Part shown: positions 20,644-31,407 of the stretch, in pieces
Layout: the number at the start of each line of letters is the position of its first letter
How positions within the stretch are numbered: position 1 is the stretch's first letter
Assembly: GCA_963663765.2 (NCBI GenBank)
Contig: CAXXUA010000003.1
Coordinates: 32,001 to 96,000, forward strand
Reading direction: 5' to 3'
Length of the DNA stretch: 64,000 bases
Source of the DNA: Candidatus Poribacteria bacterium
GTDB lineage: Bacteria > Poribacteria > WGA-4E > WGA-3G
Translations under genes and position numbers: made by a program
Notes under the pieces: model-generated
What the model saw: the letters and a program-made list of their open reading frames with translations, nothing else
Databases searched by the model: none
What the model was told of the DNA's origin: nothing

Positions 20644-22242
20644 TTACTTTATCTGTGAAGGAATTTCTTGGGTAACTGGTATTATATAACTACGAATCGG
20701 ATAACCTTCTTGTATTTCTGTCTCTATCAGTGGGGACGGTTGTTTTCGGTGATCAAATACAATGTAGCATCCTTCTGTGGCTTTCTCCAATTTAAGGTAC
20801 TTAGCGAGCTGTTTTTTTCCGGTTTGATAAAGACTTTCTCCTTCCCAAATTTTGGTTTCAACAACATATTTTTGCTGATTGTGGAGAATGAGTAAGTCTA
20901 TTCTACCTCTACCCGTTTGTACTTCAAGATACATGTTACCGCGCACAAGACGTACAAACTGATCAAGATAAGCAAATAGAAGATATTGACCGACAAATTC
21001 TTTCGGAGTCTGCGGGACTTGCAAAAGGCGATGTCCAGCTCGTTCAATAAAACTTTGAAAGTTATCAAGGAGGGGCTGCATCTGAATCTGTCCGTCGGGG
21101 GTGAGGTAATCCAAAAAATTTGCAGCGGTTTCATCGGAGAAATACTCGTTTTCAAGTCCATTTATCACTGGTTGAAAGGTTTGCATGATCCGATGGTGGT
21201 AAATTGGATTGACGATTTCACACATCCCATCAGAACCTTCTGCAATAATCCCATAAGTAGTGAGTTCATCAATAAGTTCGTTGTCTAAATTGAATCCTAT
21301 ACCTTTATCATAAGATACGATTTTCATCAAAATGTTTTCAAAATGCGGGTTTCTCCGTATATTGCTGATAAGATGCTCTATGTTGGTGTTTCGTTCCCGA
21401 AGCATGCGTGTGTGTGCTTGCGTAAAATGCACCATTTGAATCGTAACAGTATTTGGAATATTTAGTTCATTGGTGAGAATCTGTGCAAATCTATTCACAA
21501 GAAAAGGCTGACCGGCTGTTTGTTTGTGTAGTGCTTCAATAACTTCAATTGAGATAGTTTGTCCGACTTCATCTGTATACTGTGTAAAAAGTTCACGGAC
21601 TTGCTCAAGCGTGAAGTTTGGTAATGCAAACTCGTCTTGTATATTGAATGGGGAGATGGACCTATCATAGTTGAGTTGTGTAATGCTTTTCACTCCCACG
21701 ATTCCAAGGCTAAATGGACATCGTGCTTCTGAATCCGACAGGTAGATACGACGGAGCGAGTGGAGAAAATCTGACACTACATCTTGTGGGATACCGTCAA
21801 ACTCGTCAATGATGATAATGATCCGTTGGTTGTCTAACACCCTCAAAAGTTCTTCAAAAAAATGTCTTAATGTCACATGATTGGTAATATGCGTGTTCTC
21901 AAGTAATTGGTGAAGTGGATTAGACAATACTATTTCACGTTTTTGAAATACGTTTTCAATTTCTTTCCGAATGTCTTGGAGAAGGTAGTTGTAAAAATCA
22001 GAAGGGTTTACGTTTTTATACTCCTCAAAATCCAATTGGATTGGAAAGTAAATTTGGTCCTCTTCAATGAGGACATCAAGTGCTAACCTGAAAAAGGTCG
22101 TTTTCCCAGTTTGTCGTGGTGCAAAGATGACGATATAACGTCCCTGTTTGACCCAGTTGACGAAATCAGAGAGTTCTTTGCTCCGTTGAACGACATAGTT
22201 CCGGTCAGGTGACACAGGTCCTTGAGTTTCAAAGGTTTTCAT
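20644..22242 (-). CDS. AAA-like ATPase with C-terminal PD-(D/E)xK nuclease-like domain
   Basis: Walker A APRQTGKT, Walker B IIIIDEFD, C-terminal GRIDL...VVETK...QLAKY. Confidence 0.85.
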   Translation of the reverse strand: MKTFETQGPVSPDRNYVVQRSKELSDFVNWVKQGRYIVIFAPRQTGKTTFFRLALDVLIEEDQIYFPIQLDFEEYKNVNPSDFYNYLLQDIRKEIENVFQKREIVLSNPLHQLLENTHITNHVTLRHFFEELLRVLDNQRIIIIIDEFDGIPQDVVSDFLHSLRRIYLSDSEARCPFSLGIVGVKSITQLNYDRSISPFNIQDEFALPNFTLEQVRELFTQYTDEVGQTISIEVIEALHKQTAGQPFLVNRFAQILTNELNIPNTVTIQMVHFTQAHTRMLRERNTNIEHLISNIRRNPHFENILMKIVSYDKGIGFNLDNELIDELTTYGIIAEGSDGMCEIVNPIYHHRIMQTFQPVINGLENEYFSDETAANFLDYLTPDGQIQMQPLLDNFQSFIERAGHRLLQVPQTPKEFVGQYLLFAYLDQFVRLVRGNMYLEVQTGRGRIDLLILHNQQKYVVETKIWEGESLYQTGKKQLAKYLKLEKATEGCYIVFDHRKQPSPLIETEIQEGYPIRSYIIPVTQEIPSQIK

Positions 22243-22355
22243 TTTGTTACCTTTTTAGCAGTTATCATCATATTATTTTATCAGTTTACCGTGTGAAAAT
22301 CAATCTTTCATTTAGTCAATATTTTATAGATACATCCTAACAAAACCGCTCAATA

Positions 22356-23768
22356 CTAAATATTTGACACATAAATCGGTTTACCTTGCATTTCTTTTGG
22401 AATGTCAATACCGAATTCGTTTAGCACTGTCGGTGCGATATCGTATATGCTTTTTGTCGGAACATGTCCACTTGTCTGTCTACCGTCTTTGAGAATAAAC
22501 ATACCCATCTCAGCATGGTTACAGTCGTCAGGACCGGTGTCGTTGTCATAAGTATAGATGCTGTCGTATCCAACACTTCCCACTGAACGCCAATAGAGGT
22601 CACCGAAATAGACGATGAGGTCAGGTGGGATGTTGCGGCACTTTTGATATACCTCCTCTGGCTTAAAGACGCGTGTATTGATATTCTTTCCGGTCTCATC
22701 TACGATCGCTTCAAGTTGTATCTTTAGTTCATCTCGAACCCTTTCGTAGTCTTGTGGATTGACAATCCCGTTAGGTTCTCTACCAGAAACATTGAGAAAG
22801 ATTCGTGCGTAATACCCACCTTCACCCCATGCTTTTGTCTGTTGCCAATTTACCATGTCAGTTGAGAACCGCGAAATACTTTTCGGTTTCGTTTTTAGTG
22901 TGAGATAACGGTGTTTTTGCAACCATTCATTGACACAGATACCGCCATCCATCCGTTTTGCGCCGTGGTCGGAGACAACCATGACAGTGGTGTCATCATC
23001 AACCAATTCTAACATCTTACCAAGTTCATCATCAAGTGTGCGATAGTAGTTCCGCATTGTATCCGCAAACGGTGAATTCGGTTCATATTTTGGATGCGTC
23101 TTATCCCAAAACCGCCAAAATGCGTGATGGAGTCGGTCAGAACCCATCTCCACCATCATGAAGAAATCCCATGCTTTTTTCTCAAGCAGATAACGTGCGA
23201 ATTTGAACCGTGCGCGTGTCATTTTATGGAGTTGCTGTTCCAACTCCGCGCGTTTATCGGTGCGGTAATTTGGAATGTCAATCATGTAATCAGGTGCGAC
23301 TTGGGAAATTTCACGTGTGAGTCTCGGTGGAAATGTCCACTGCAAGTTTCGTTGTGTCAACGGAGAATTGAGATCACAAGGAGTGAGGAAACTGGTAATC
23401 ATCCACCCCGGAAATGGTTTTGCAGGATAGGTGAGCGGTACTCCCAAGACAGCAGAACGTTTTTGTGTTTGTCCAATTAAATCCCAGAGAGTCGGTAATT
23501 GCACCTGTTGTGCGTTGGCAATACTGAGTGCATCGTAGGTATAATCCGCCCGGTTGCGAAAGCCGTAGATACCGAGTTCACCCGGATCACGACTGGTCAT
23601 CATGCACATCCACGCAGGCACGGTAATAGGTGGGATTGTGCTTTCCAATTCCCCATAGATACCCTTTTGCATCAAGCCTTTTGTATGAGGCATGTCGTCT
23701 ATGAATGCATCAAAGACCAATTCGGGTGCAGCGCAATCCCATCCTATAATTAGAACCCGCTTATTCAT
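22356..23768 (-). CDS. alkaline phosphatase superfamily (nucleotide pyrophosphatase/phosphodiesterase) protein
   Basis: Motifs IIGWDCA, STIPPITVPAW, DRLHH and SDHG; start moved to MNKRV. Confidence 0.9.
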   Translation of the reverse strand: MNKRVLIIGWDCAAPELVFDAFIDDMPHTKGLMQKGIYGELESTIPPITVPAWMCMMTSRDPGELGIYGFRNRADYTYDALSIANAQQVQLPTLWDLIGQTQKRSAVLGVPLTYPAKPFPGWMITSFLTPCDLNSPLTQRNLQWTFPPRLTREISQVAPDYMIDIPNYRTDKRAELEQQLHKMTRARFKFARYLLEKKAWDFFMMVEMGSDRLHHAFWRFWDKTHPKYEPNSPFADTMRNYYRTLDDELGKMLELVDDDTTVMVVSDHGAKRMDGGICVNEWLQKHRYLTLKTKPKSISRFSTDMVNWQQTKAWGEGGYYARIFLNVSGREPNGIVNPQDYERVRDELKIQLEAIVDETGKNINTRVFKPEEVYQKCRNIPPDLIVYFGDLYWRSVGSVGYDSIYTYDNDTGPDDCNHAEMGMFILKDGRQTSGHVPTKSIYDIAPTVLNEFGIDIPKEMQGKPIYVSNI

Positions 23769-23778
23769 ACTATGTCCT

Positions 23779-25131
23779 TTATGCCCAACGTGGTTTTCTA
23801 CCACCAAACCGCTGTTCACTGATGTTCCACAGTTCTGTCAATCCGAGTTGACGGATATGGTCTAAACCGGCAATGCATGGATCATTTATCCGAGTGAGCC
23901 ACTGCTGAAGTTCTGTCTCTAATTCTTCTTTGAGCGATTGTGAGTTTGCATCGTCAATAAGATTGTTCATTTGATACGGGTCGTTATCATTATCGTAGAG
24001 TAGCCAGCCTGTTCCATCGTAATGACGTGCGTAAGTGTGTCTATGTGTCCGGACACCTCGCCATTCGCGGAGACCGAAATTGAACCCTTCACCACCATGC
24101 AATGGAAGCTCAAGCAGAACAGATTGCGGTTCATCAATTGCCTTTCCAAGCATCGCATCTGAAAGGTCAATACCTTCAACACCTTCTGGTATTGGTAGAT
24201 CACACAAGGATAGCATTGATGGCATAAAATCTACAAGGCTTAGTAATGTATCACGGGTAACACCAGCGGGAATTTTGCGTGGATACCGGATCATGAAAGG
24301 GATGCGGCTTGATTCGTCCCACGGACGTTCTTTTCGGTTATGTCCATGACTACCCAGCATATCACCATGGTCAGATGTATAGACAAGGATTGTGTCTTCA
24401 GCGATGCCGATTTCGTCTAATGCAGTCATCAGACGTGCAAGGTTTTCATCTAAAGCCGTGATATGTGCGTAGTAGCCTGAAATATCCTTTCGTGTTGCAG
24501 GAGTGTCTACAGCATTTGGACGTAACTGAATTTCTTCTGGTGGATACATCTCTTTATACCGTTCAGGTACATGTTCATACGGATTGTGAGGTGGTCCCCA
24601 ACTTACATAGAGACAGAAGGGTTCATCGGCATGGTCGCGGCAGTATTGGATTGCCTGATCAGTTTGAAAATCGGGTTCATATCCTTCTATTTTGTGTTTG
24701 TTTCCATCGGAGTCGTGGTAGGGCGCGTTGAAATAATTATGATGACAATTCCATCCAACCCAATGATCAAAACCGAACCGCATTTCGTGAGTAATGAACT
24801 TATCCCTCGGCATGCCGCCGAGGTGCCATTTGCCGATATATCCTGTTGCGTATCCATCGTCTTTGAAGACTTGTGCAACGCCTGTTTCAGATAATGGTAG
24901 TGGTAAGTCGTTAGAGACCGCTTTGTGGCTCAAAGGGTGTTTGCCGGTCATCAGGCATCCGCGAGCAGGTACACATATCGGGACATTGGTAAAGGTGTTT
25001 GGAAAGAACATCCCTTCTTGTGCAAGTTGATCCATAGCGGGTGTCTGTAATTGTGGGTTGCCAGCACATCCGACATCACATTGCCGGTGTTGGTCTCCAA
25101 AAACAAAGATTAGATTTGGTTTTCGTTCCAT
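23779..25131 (-). CDS. formylglycine-dependent sulfatase
   Basis: KPNLIF...DQ, CVPAR (CxPxR), GKWH, PPHNP and SDHGD motifs. Confidence 0.95.
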   Translation of the reverse strand: MERKPNLIFVFGDQHRQCDVGCAGNPQLQTPAMDQLAQEGMFFPNTFTNVPICVPARGCLMTGKHPLSHKAVSNDLPLPLSETGVAQVFKDDGYATGYIGKWHLGGMPRDKFITHEMRFGFDHWVGWNCHHNYFNAPYHDSDGNKHKIEGYEPDFQTDQAIQYCRDHADEPFCLYVSWGPPHNPYEHVPERYKEMYPPEEIQLRPNAVDTPATRKDISGYYAHITALDENLARLMTALDEIGIAEDTILVYTSDHGDMLGSHGHNRKERPWDESSRIPFMIRYPRKIPAGVTRDTLLSLVDFMPSMLSLCDLPIPEGVEGIDLSDAMLGKAIDEPQSVLLELPLHGGEGFNFGLREWRGVRTHRHTYARHYDGTGWLLYDNDNDPYQMNNLIDDANSQSLKEELETELQQWLTRINDPCIAGLDHIRQLGLTELWNISEQRFGGRKPRWA

Positions 25132-25395
25132 TCTTCCTCCTATTTCTAATTCTAATATTGATTTGATACTTCACGGAAACTACCAGGAACCGCTAAACGT
25201 TTTTCAACTGGAAAACTATTATATTTTCGGTTGTGTAGTCTTACCCAATCCGAACTTTTACAACTACAACCGAGTATCCGCTGTAACATTTTCGTGTTGT
25301 TGTTTTGCGTTAAGCCTTCACCGCATTTTCAAAGGATATTGTATTGACAGATATTATACCATGTCTAAGTGAAAAAAAATATCAATCTTAGATTG

Positions 25396-25771
25396 CAATA
25401 CCTTCGCCAATAATAGACATTCTTCCAGATTGTGTGGGTAGTTGTAGCACATTCTTCCAGATTGTGCGGGTAGTTGTAGCACATTCTTCCAGATTGTGCG
25501 GTCAGTTGTAGCACATTCTTCCAGATTGTGCGGTCAGTTGTAGCACATTCTTCCAGATTGTGCGGTCAGTTGTAGCACATTCTTCCAGATTGTGCATATA
25601 AATTATTCTGTCAGATTCTATCGTCAAATTCGACGCTATGATAAATAAAAATACTTCAACGAAAACCTGAAGTTATTTTTATTTATGTAATCCTAACAAT
25701 ATCACAGAGCAATGGTAGATCAACACTATATACTCATTCAACTGAAGCACTAAAAAATGGCGAAGGTATTG
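25396..25771. mobile_element. CAATACCTTCGCCA-TIR MITE with 5.5 internal 32-bp repeats
   Basis: Same element as 7012..7323 but 64 bp (two units) longer. Confidence 0.88.
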
Positions 25772-25892
25772 ATCATCTTGTCCATGTTTTTAGTGGTTCT
25801 TTCGGCAATTAATTGTTGCATAAAATAAAAGTCCAATGCTGAAGAACCCCGTAGTCATATGTTTAAGTAGTAGATCGTCAATGGAAACATAT

Positions 25893-26013
25893 CAGGACTT
25901 ATACACCCAACGGTAGGCATGCTTTGTAAGCGCGCCGGAAACCTAAAAAATGCTGAAAATTACATCGTTTTCGTCTTAATTCTTGATTGGATCATGAAAA
26001 CTGCGTAAGTCCT
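25893..26013. mobile_element. CAGGACTTA-TIR MITE with one REP
   Basis: CAGGACTTATACA...TGCGTAAGTCCT; inverted homolog of 37197..37399; nested in another MITE. Confidence 0.75.
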
Positions 26014-26188
26014 ACATAGAATAAATACTTAGCAAGAAAATCATTTAGTGGTTTACTCGGCAATTAATATTGGTATTTTAGACACCCTAAATTCACCCAC
26101 ATTTATCCCCCTGCAAGCGAGGGGAAGGGACATTTTGGTTGTTTCTGTCCGTTCTATATATAATAAATGTTTAGCGAGTAAACCATTT

Positions 26189-26400
26189 AGTTCCGTAGGA
26201 ACGATATGTTTATAGAAAATGTTTTCTACCCCAATTGAGTTCCGTAGGAACGATATGTTTATAGAAAATGTTTTCTACCCCAATTGAGTTCCGTAGGAAC
26301 GATATGTTTATAGAAAATGTTTTCTACCCCAATTGAGTTCCGTAGGAACGATATGTTTATAGAAAATGTTTTCTACCCCAATTGAGTTCCGTAGGAACGA
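26189..26400. repeat. 49-bp tandem repeat (4 units plus a partial one) built on the REP GTTCCGTAGGAAC
   Basis: Unit starts at 26189, 26238, 26287, 26336 and 26385; units are identical. Confidence 0.9.
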
Positions 26401-26633
26401 CATAGAAGAATACACATATCGTCCCTACCAAATCAACGCCAAATGCGTCAAATCAAGAAATCAACGGTATGAATGCCATTAAGGCATTCCCCGTATGGCA
26501 TTTGTCGGGACTAAAAAGCGATGTTCATGTTTCAATAATCTAAAATTGATGTATAAAGTTCGGTTAGGAAACCGAACCTTGTATTAACTTTCAGTAAATC
26601 TCAATAACAGAAAATTCTTAAAACTGAATAACA

Positions 26634-26903
26634 CTATTGCTTAGTCACGTGTTTATTGATGGGTCTAAAAAGTAGTCGGGAATCGGAGTTCCCTCCTACA
26701 ATACACACAAGACTTCTGTAGGAGCGATCTCCGAATCTCGACCTACAATAATAGTATGTTGACTCAACACTATTGCTTAGTCACGTGTTTATTGATGGGT
26801 CTAAAAAGTAGTCGGGAATCGGAGTTCCCTCCTACAATACACAAGACTTCTGTAAGAGCGATCTCCGAATCTCGACCTACAATAGTATGTTGACTCAACA
26901 CTA
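26634..26903. mobile_element. two tandem ~135-bp MITEs with REP pairs
   Basis: CTATTGCTTAGTCA...TGACTCAACACTA twice; internal GTAGTCGGGAATCGGAGTTCCC and GTAGGAGCGATCTCC...CCTAC. Confidence 0.75.
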
Positions 26904-26919
26904 GATTGAACATAGGTAT

Positions 26920-27500
26920 ACGAGTTGTGCTAAATGACTTTATGTAAACCATTGTTTCACATAAGCATAACGTTTTGCAGGTGTCCTTCATAGCTTGAAA
27001 CGATCTTCAGTCCCGACAAATGCCATACGCGCATTTGGCGTTGATTTGGTAGGGACGATATGTTTATAGAAAAACGTCATAGTACATCCTCTTTAGTCCC
27101 GCCAAATGCCATACGCGCATTTGGCGTTGATTTGGTAGGGACGATATGTGTGCATTATAAACCTAATATTATGTAAAAACTTTGAAAACAATGGGTTAAC
27201 TGGCACAAGTCGTTAATTGTATATTTCACTATAAGTTACTAATTGGTAAAATTGGTAATTTTTTCTTCGGAAAAACCCAGTCATAGACAAGATTCGTGTA
27301 CAGAATAAATTACCAATTGCCTGTAAGTAGCGACTTGTGCTAAATAACTATTTATTAAAAATTACTTCACATAGACAAGAGGATTTAACCGTCGTTCTTT
27401 TGCTTTGGATGATCTTTAGTCCCGTTGGGACGAAATGTTTATATATCATACCCAATATATGTGAATTTAGTATAAACATTTAGTTAACTGGCACAAGTCG
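26920..27500. mobile_element. two CGA(G/C)TTGTGC-TIR MITEs (26920..27213 and 27331..27500)
   Basis: Same ends and body as 8965..9344, with two and one REP units respectively. Confidence 0.8.
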
Positions 27501-27667
27501 TTAGGTATGTAATTGTCGATTATTCGCAAATTCTAACACAGGTTTCTTATGGTAGGAGCGAACTGTCGGTCACATTCTGTCGAATGCAATATGTGCATTC
27601 GACGTTGATTTGAAAATCCCGGTTCAGACAATACTTCGGTATTGAAAACTCTACCCGTTATACAAAC

Positions 27668-29584
27668 CTAATCTACATCACCAGGATCTTTTACCCATAA
27701 CAGTACGGTGCCATCATTGCTACCGCTCGCGAGCGTTTTTCCGTCTGGACTGAACGCAACGCTAGTCACAGGATACGTATGAGCTTTCAACTCAATAATG
27801 AGGGTACCTGTGCGGACATCCCACAAACTAACGGTTCTGTCCCAGCTGCCACACGCGAGTATCTTACCATCAGGACTGAACGCAAGGCAAAGGTTACCTC
27901 TATTCCCTAATGTTACTGTACGAACAGATTCACCTGTCCGCGGATTCCACAGACGAATAGTCCCATCCCCCGATAGACTTGCTAACAAAGTCCCATCCGC
28001 ACTATAGGCAACGGTATTTACAAAACCCGTATGACCTTTCAAACGAGAGACAACTTTATTCGTGTTCGTATCCAAAAGCATCACAGTGTTATCATCACCA
28101 CACGCTAATTGAGAACCATCCGGACTATACGCAATGCAATATATCATACTTACCGAGTCTTCTACCGTAAGGAATTGATGTTTACCTGTCTGGAGGTCCC
28201 ATAGATTCATGGAAAAGTCTTGATGTGCTCTTAGAAGTTTCTTTCCATCAGGACTGAAAGCCATGTCTGAAATCCAAAATCGATTATCTTCCAGTTCCTT
28301 CAGAGATTTACCTGTTTCTACATTCCATAAGCGAATAGTATTGTTTACATCGACACTTGCAATGTTCTTTCCATTAGGACTGTAGACAACGATAGAGACT
28401 TGATTTGTATGTCCTTTCAGCACGCGCAGGGATTCACCCGATTGTGCGTCCCATAAATGAACGGTGTTGTCTCTGCTCCCGCTTGCTAAAATCTTACCAT
28501 CCGGACTGAACGCAACGCTATTGACACCATTTGTATGCCCTGTTATCGTCCGCAGCTGCTTGCCTGTGTTTGTCTCCCATAAACGCAAGGTGCCGTCCCG
28601 GCTGCCAGTCCGCAGTGTTTTGCCATCCGGACTGAATGCAATGCTCAACACAAAAGAAGCATGTCCTTTCAACGTGCGGATGTGGGCTCCCGTCTCTGCA
28701 TCCCACAGCCTTGAGGTATTGTCCCAACTTGCACTCGCCAGCATCTTTCCATCCGGGCTAAAGACAACAATATCAACATAATTTATATGATCATGCAACA
28801 TGTACCGTGTAGTGCCTGTTTGCACGTCCCACACCAGCACGTTGGTGTCATCACTGGCAGTCGCAATTGACTTTCCATCCGGACTGAACGATACGTATTT
28901 TATTTTTTCTGTATGTCCTATGAATGTCTGCAGCAGTTCACCCGTTTGCACATTCCATAACCGTGCAGTTCTGTCTTTACTGCAACTCGCCAGTAATGAG
29001 CCGTTTGGACTAAACGCAACACTTATGACACCCGATTCATGTCCATCTATTGTCTGAAGATGTGTACCTGTTCGCACATTCCATAAACGGATATTGTGAT
29101 CGTAACTTCCGCTCGCTAAAAGTGTCCCATCCGGACTGAACGCAATACCTTCAACACCGTCTTCATGTCCTATCATCGTGCGTAGTTCTGTGCCTGTGTG
29201 CGCATCCCACAGACGGATAGTCATGTCTGCACTCCCGCTTGCCAACAGTGAGCCATCTGGACTGAACACTGTCATCAAAACAAAGTCGGTGTGTCCTGTA
29301 AGAAATTGGAGTGGTTTGTCAGTGTGTGCGTCGTAAATCCAAATACCAGTGCTACACGAGACCGCCAAATACTTTCCGTCATGAGAATAGGTTATATTTC
29401 CTCTTATCCCACCTTTACCGAGCCGTGCTCTTGCACCCTCGGGTAAGTTTTGTAAATGCCAATCTTGTTTGTCTTGTTTGTCTTGTTTGTCTTGTGCGAA
29501 AGTATTTTGTGAAATAACGCACGTCGTCAAAACCAAAGTTGTCGTCAAAACCAAAGTTAATATCAGAATCAGTGTTTTTTGCAT
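27668..29584 (-). CDS. secreted WD40-repeat protein
   Basis: Signal peptide from MQKTL, LPEGARARLGKG cap, about 14 GH...FSPDG...S.D.T..LW repeats. Confidence 0.93.
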   Translation of the reverse strand: MQKTLILILTLVLTTTLVLTTCVISQNTFAQDKQDKQDKQDWHLQNLPEGARARLGKGGIRGNITYSHDGKYLAVSCSTGIWIYDAHTDKPLQFLTGHTDFVLMTVFSPDGSLLASGSADMTIRLWDAHTGTELRTMIGHEDGVEGIAFSPDGTLLASGSYDHNIRLWNVRTGTHLQTIDGHESGVISVAFSPNGSLLASCSKDRTARLWNVQTGELLQTFIGHTEKIKYVSFSPDGKSIATASDDTNVLVWDVQTGTTRYMLHDHINYVDIVVFSPDGKMLASASWDNTSRLWDAETGAHIRTLKGHASFVLSIAFSPDGKTLRTGSRDGTLRLWETNTGKQLRTITGHTNGVNSVAFSPDGKILASGSRDNTVHLWDAQSGESLRVLKGHTNQVSIVVYSPNGKNIASVDVNNTIRLWNVETGKSLKELEDNRFWISDMAFSPDGKKLLRAHQDFSMNLWDLQTGKHQFLTVEDSVSMIYCIAYSPDGSQLACGDDNTVMLLDTNTNKVVSRLKGHTGFVNTVAYSADGTLLASLSGDGTIRLWNPRTGESVRTVTLGNRGNLCLAFSPDGKILACGSWDRTVSLWDVRTGTLIIELKAHTYPVTSVAFSPDGKTLASGSNDGTVLLWVKDPGDVD

Positions 29585-29743
29585 GAGAAAGGGATCCTTA
29601 TTCGGGTTGTTTGTACAGGTTTCGTTCTTAAACCAAACCCACAAGAACAGTTATGTTAAACTGAAACTCACCATACGCACATTCATACCCTTGATTTACG
29701 GGGTTACGTTTCACATTTCTATTCAGACTAATCAGTATACGAA

Positions 29744-30769
29744 CTACTGCATCCATGTATATATTTTCCTGAGCATACCTTCACTGCGTGTCCACAATGA
29801 CCTTTTGAATGGTGAGACAATCTTTGTATAACTACAGAAATCAGTTTTTTTGGCACGGTATTGCTCTTTATGTGCTATCAAACCTTCATTCTCTGGTGGT
29901 GATGCGCCGAAATCAATCCATTCATATCCTTCTCTGCATGCCCATGTAATAATATGGTGAAAAATAGCATTGTTTGGACGATATTGTAAGTATGCAGGGT
30001 CGGATGCCTCACACCACAAGGTTACATTGCGATTGTAGTACAGATAGAGTAAACCGGCAATGATTGTGTTTTGGTATTTAGCAATCGCGAGTTTAGCAAC
30101 ACCCCGTTGTAAAAGCATCTTCATAAGCGTGCACGGTTTCGGTGTACCTTCTAATCGTTTTACTGTGTTTAGGTACATCTCGTAGAATGTGGATAGGTCG
30201 TCCTCATTATCGGTATCAGTAACTTCCACCCCAGATTTTTGTGCTTTACGGACTGCCCCGCGTACCCGTTTGTTGTATGCTTGCCATAAGGTGTCAATAT
30301 CTCTGTTGGTGTTGAGTATATGTGTAAATCTTTCTGTCTTTTTGTATCCAATTTCTGTCAAAAAACCACCATATTTTATAGTATCCTCCGCGGAAAGCGT
30401 CCAGCACAATTCGCACCAACCTTTTTCTGAAGATACCGTTTGTATATAGTTCTCAATGGATGAGATCAATTCTCTTGCGTTTAGTTGTTCGCAATTAATG
30501 ATCTGTGGACCACCGAACAAATTCCACGGCATAGAATGCCACAATCGGATGCCTGGTATCGGTTGAAACACAAAAGCGGGGACTCCCCCAACTGTCATTT
30601 CATCCTTTTTGATGAAAAGAGATACAGGCTGAAGCTGCTTGAATGCATTATCAAGTGCATCTCTCCAAGCTGCCCCGTGAAAAGCAGTACTATTTTGACA
30701 TTGAAGGATAATTGCATCCCATTCATCAGGATTTTGTGATGTAAGCGGTTCAATGGTGTACACATGCAC
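29744..30769 (-). CDS. GNAT/FemAB-like acyltransferase
   Basis: Motifs RGAVRKAQKSGV, PNNAIF and W.DFGAS...GL..HK. Confidence 0.85.
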   Translation of the reverse strand: MHVYTIEPLTSQNPDEWDAIILQCQNSTAFHGAAWRDALDNAFKQLQPVSLFIKKDEMTVGGVPAFVFQPIPGIRLWHSMPWNLFGGPQIINCEQLNARELISSIENYIQTVSSEKGWCELCWTLSAEDTIKYGGFLTEIGYKKTERFTHILNTNRDIDTLWQAYNKRVRGAVRKAQKSGVEVTDTDNEDDLSTFYEMYLNTVKRLEGTPKPCTLMKMLLQRGVAKLAIAKYQNTIIAGLLYLYYNRNVTLWCEASDPAYLQYRPNNAIFHHIITWACREGYEWIDFGASPPENEGLIAHKEQYRAKKTDFCSYTKIVSPFKRSLWTRSEGMLRKIYTWMQ

Positions 30770-30873
30770 ATTGTAATTGATAAGTCTGTTTTGTGCAAGG
30801 AATATAGGTGTGTAAAGTTTTTATCATGTTTCTGAATCTCGGATTTCGCGGATAAGATACCAGCATCAGATAG

Positions 30874-31183
30874 CAGGGTTATTTAGTTTTCAATATTTTT
30901 GATATTATTTTACTATGTCGTTAATTTTATGGGATACCATCTTGTCCAGTTCTTTAGTCCCGTAGGGACGATATGTTTATAGAAAACGAATACCCTCCAC
31001 AGCTCTTTAGTCCCGTAGGGACGATATGTTTATTCTTCTATGTCGTTCCTACGGAACTAAAGAGCGATGTTCATTTTTCAATAATTTAAAACCGATGCAG
31101 AAAGTTCGGTTAGGAAACCGAACTTGGGTATTAACTTTCAGTAAATCTCAATAACATAAAACTCTTAAAACTAAATTACCTTG
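30874..31183. mobile_element. CAGGG-TIR MITE with three REPs
   Basis: Homolog of 5482..5787; degenerate right TIR and imperfect 9-bp flanking repeat ATCAGATAG/ATCAGGTCG. Confidence 0.8.
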
Positions 31184-31407
31184 ATCAGGTCGGATTACAT
31201 AGGACAAGCGTTATCTATGAAATAAGGTTAATTGTTGAGATCTTATCCGTGTAATCCGCGATTTAGAACACAATGAAATTGTGTTTCAAATTATAATAAA
31301 ATATGGTACAATTCACTAAAAAGGGATAAGGAGAAAATCAAGACTATTAACAGTGTTATTTATTGTGACATTTCAAACATCTTGTAGACATTGCAAAGGA
31401 AAAAATA

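Noticed and set aside
26189-26400. 49-bp periodic palindromes as CRISPR
   Set aside because: The intervening sequences are identical; this is a tandem amplification of a REP unit.
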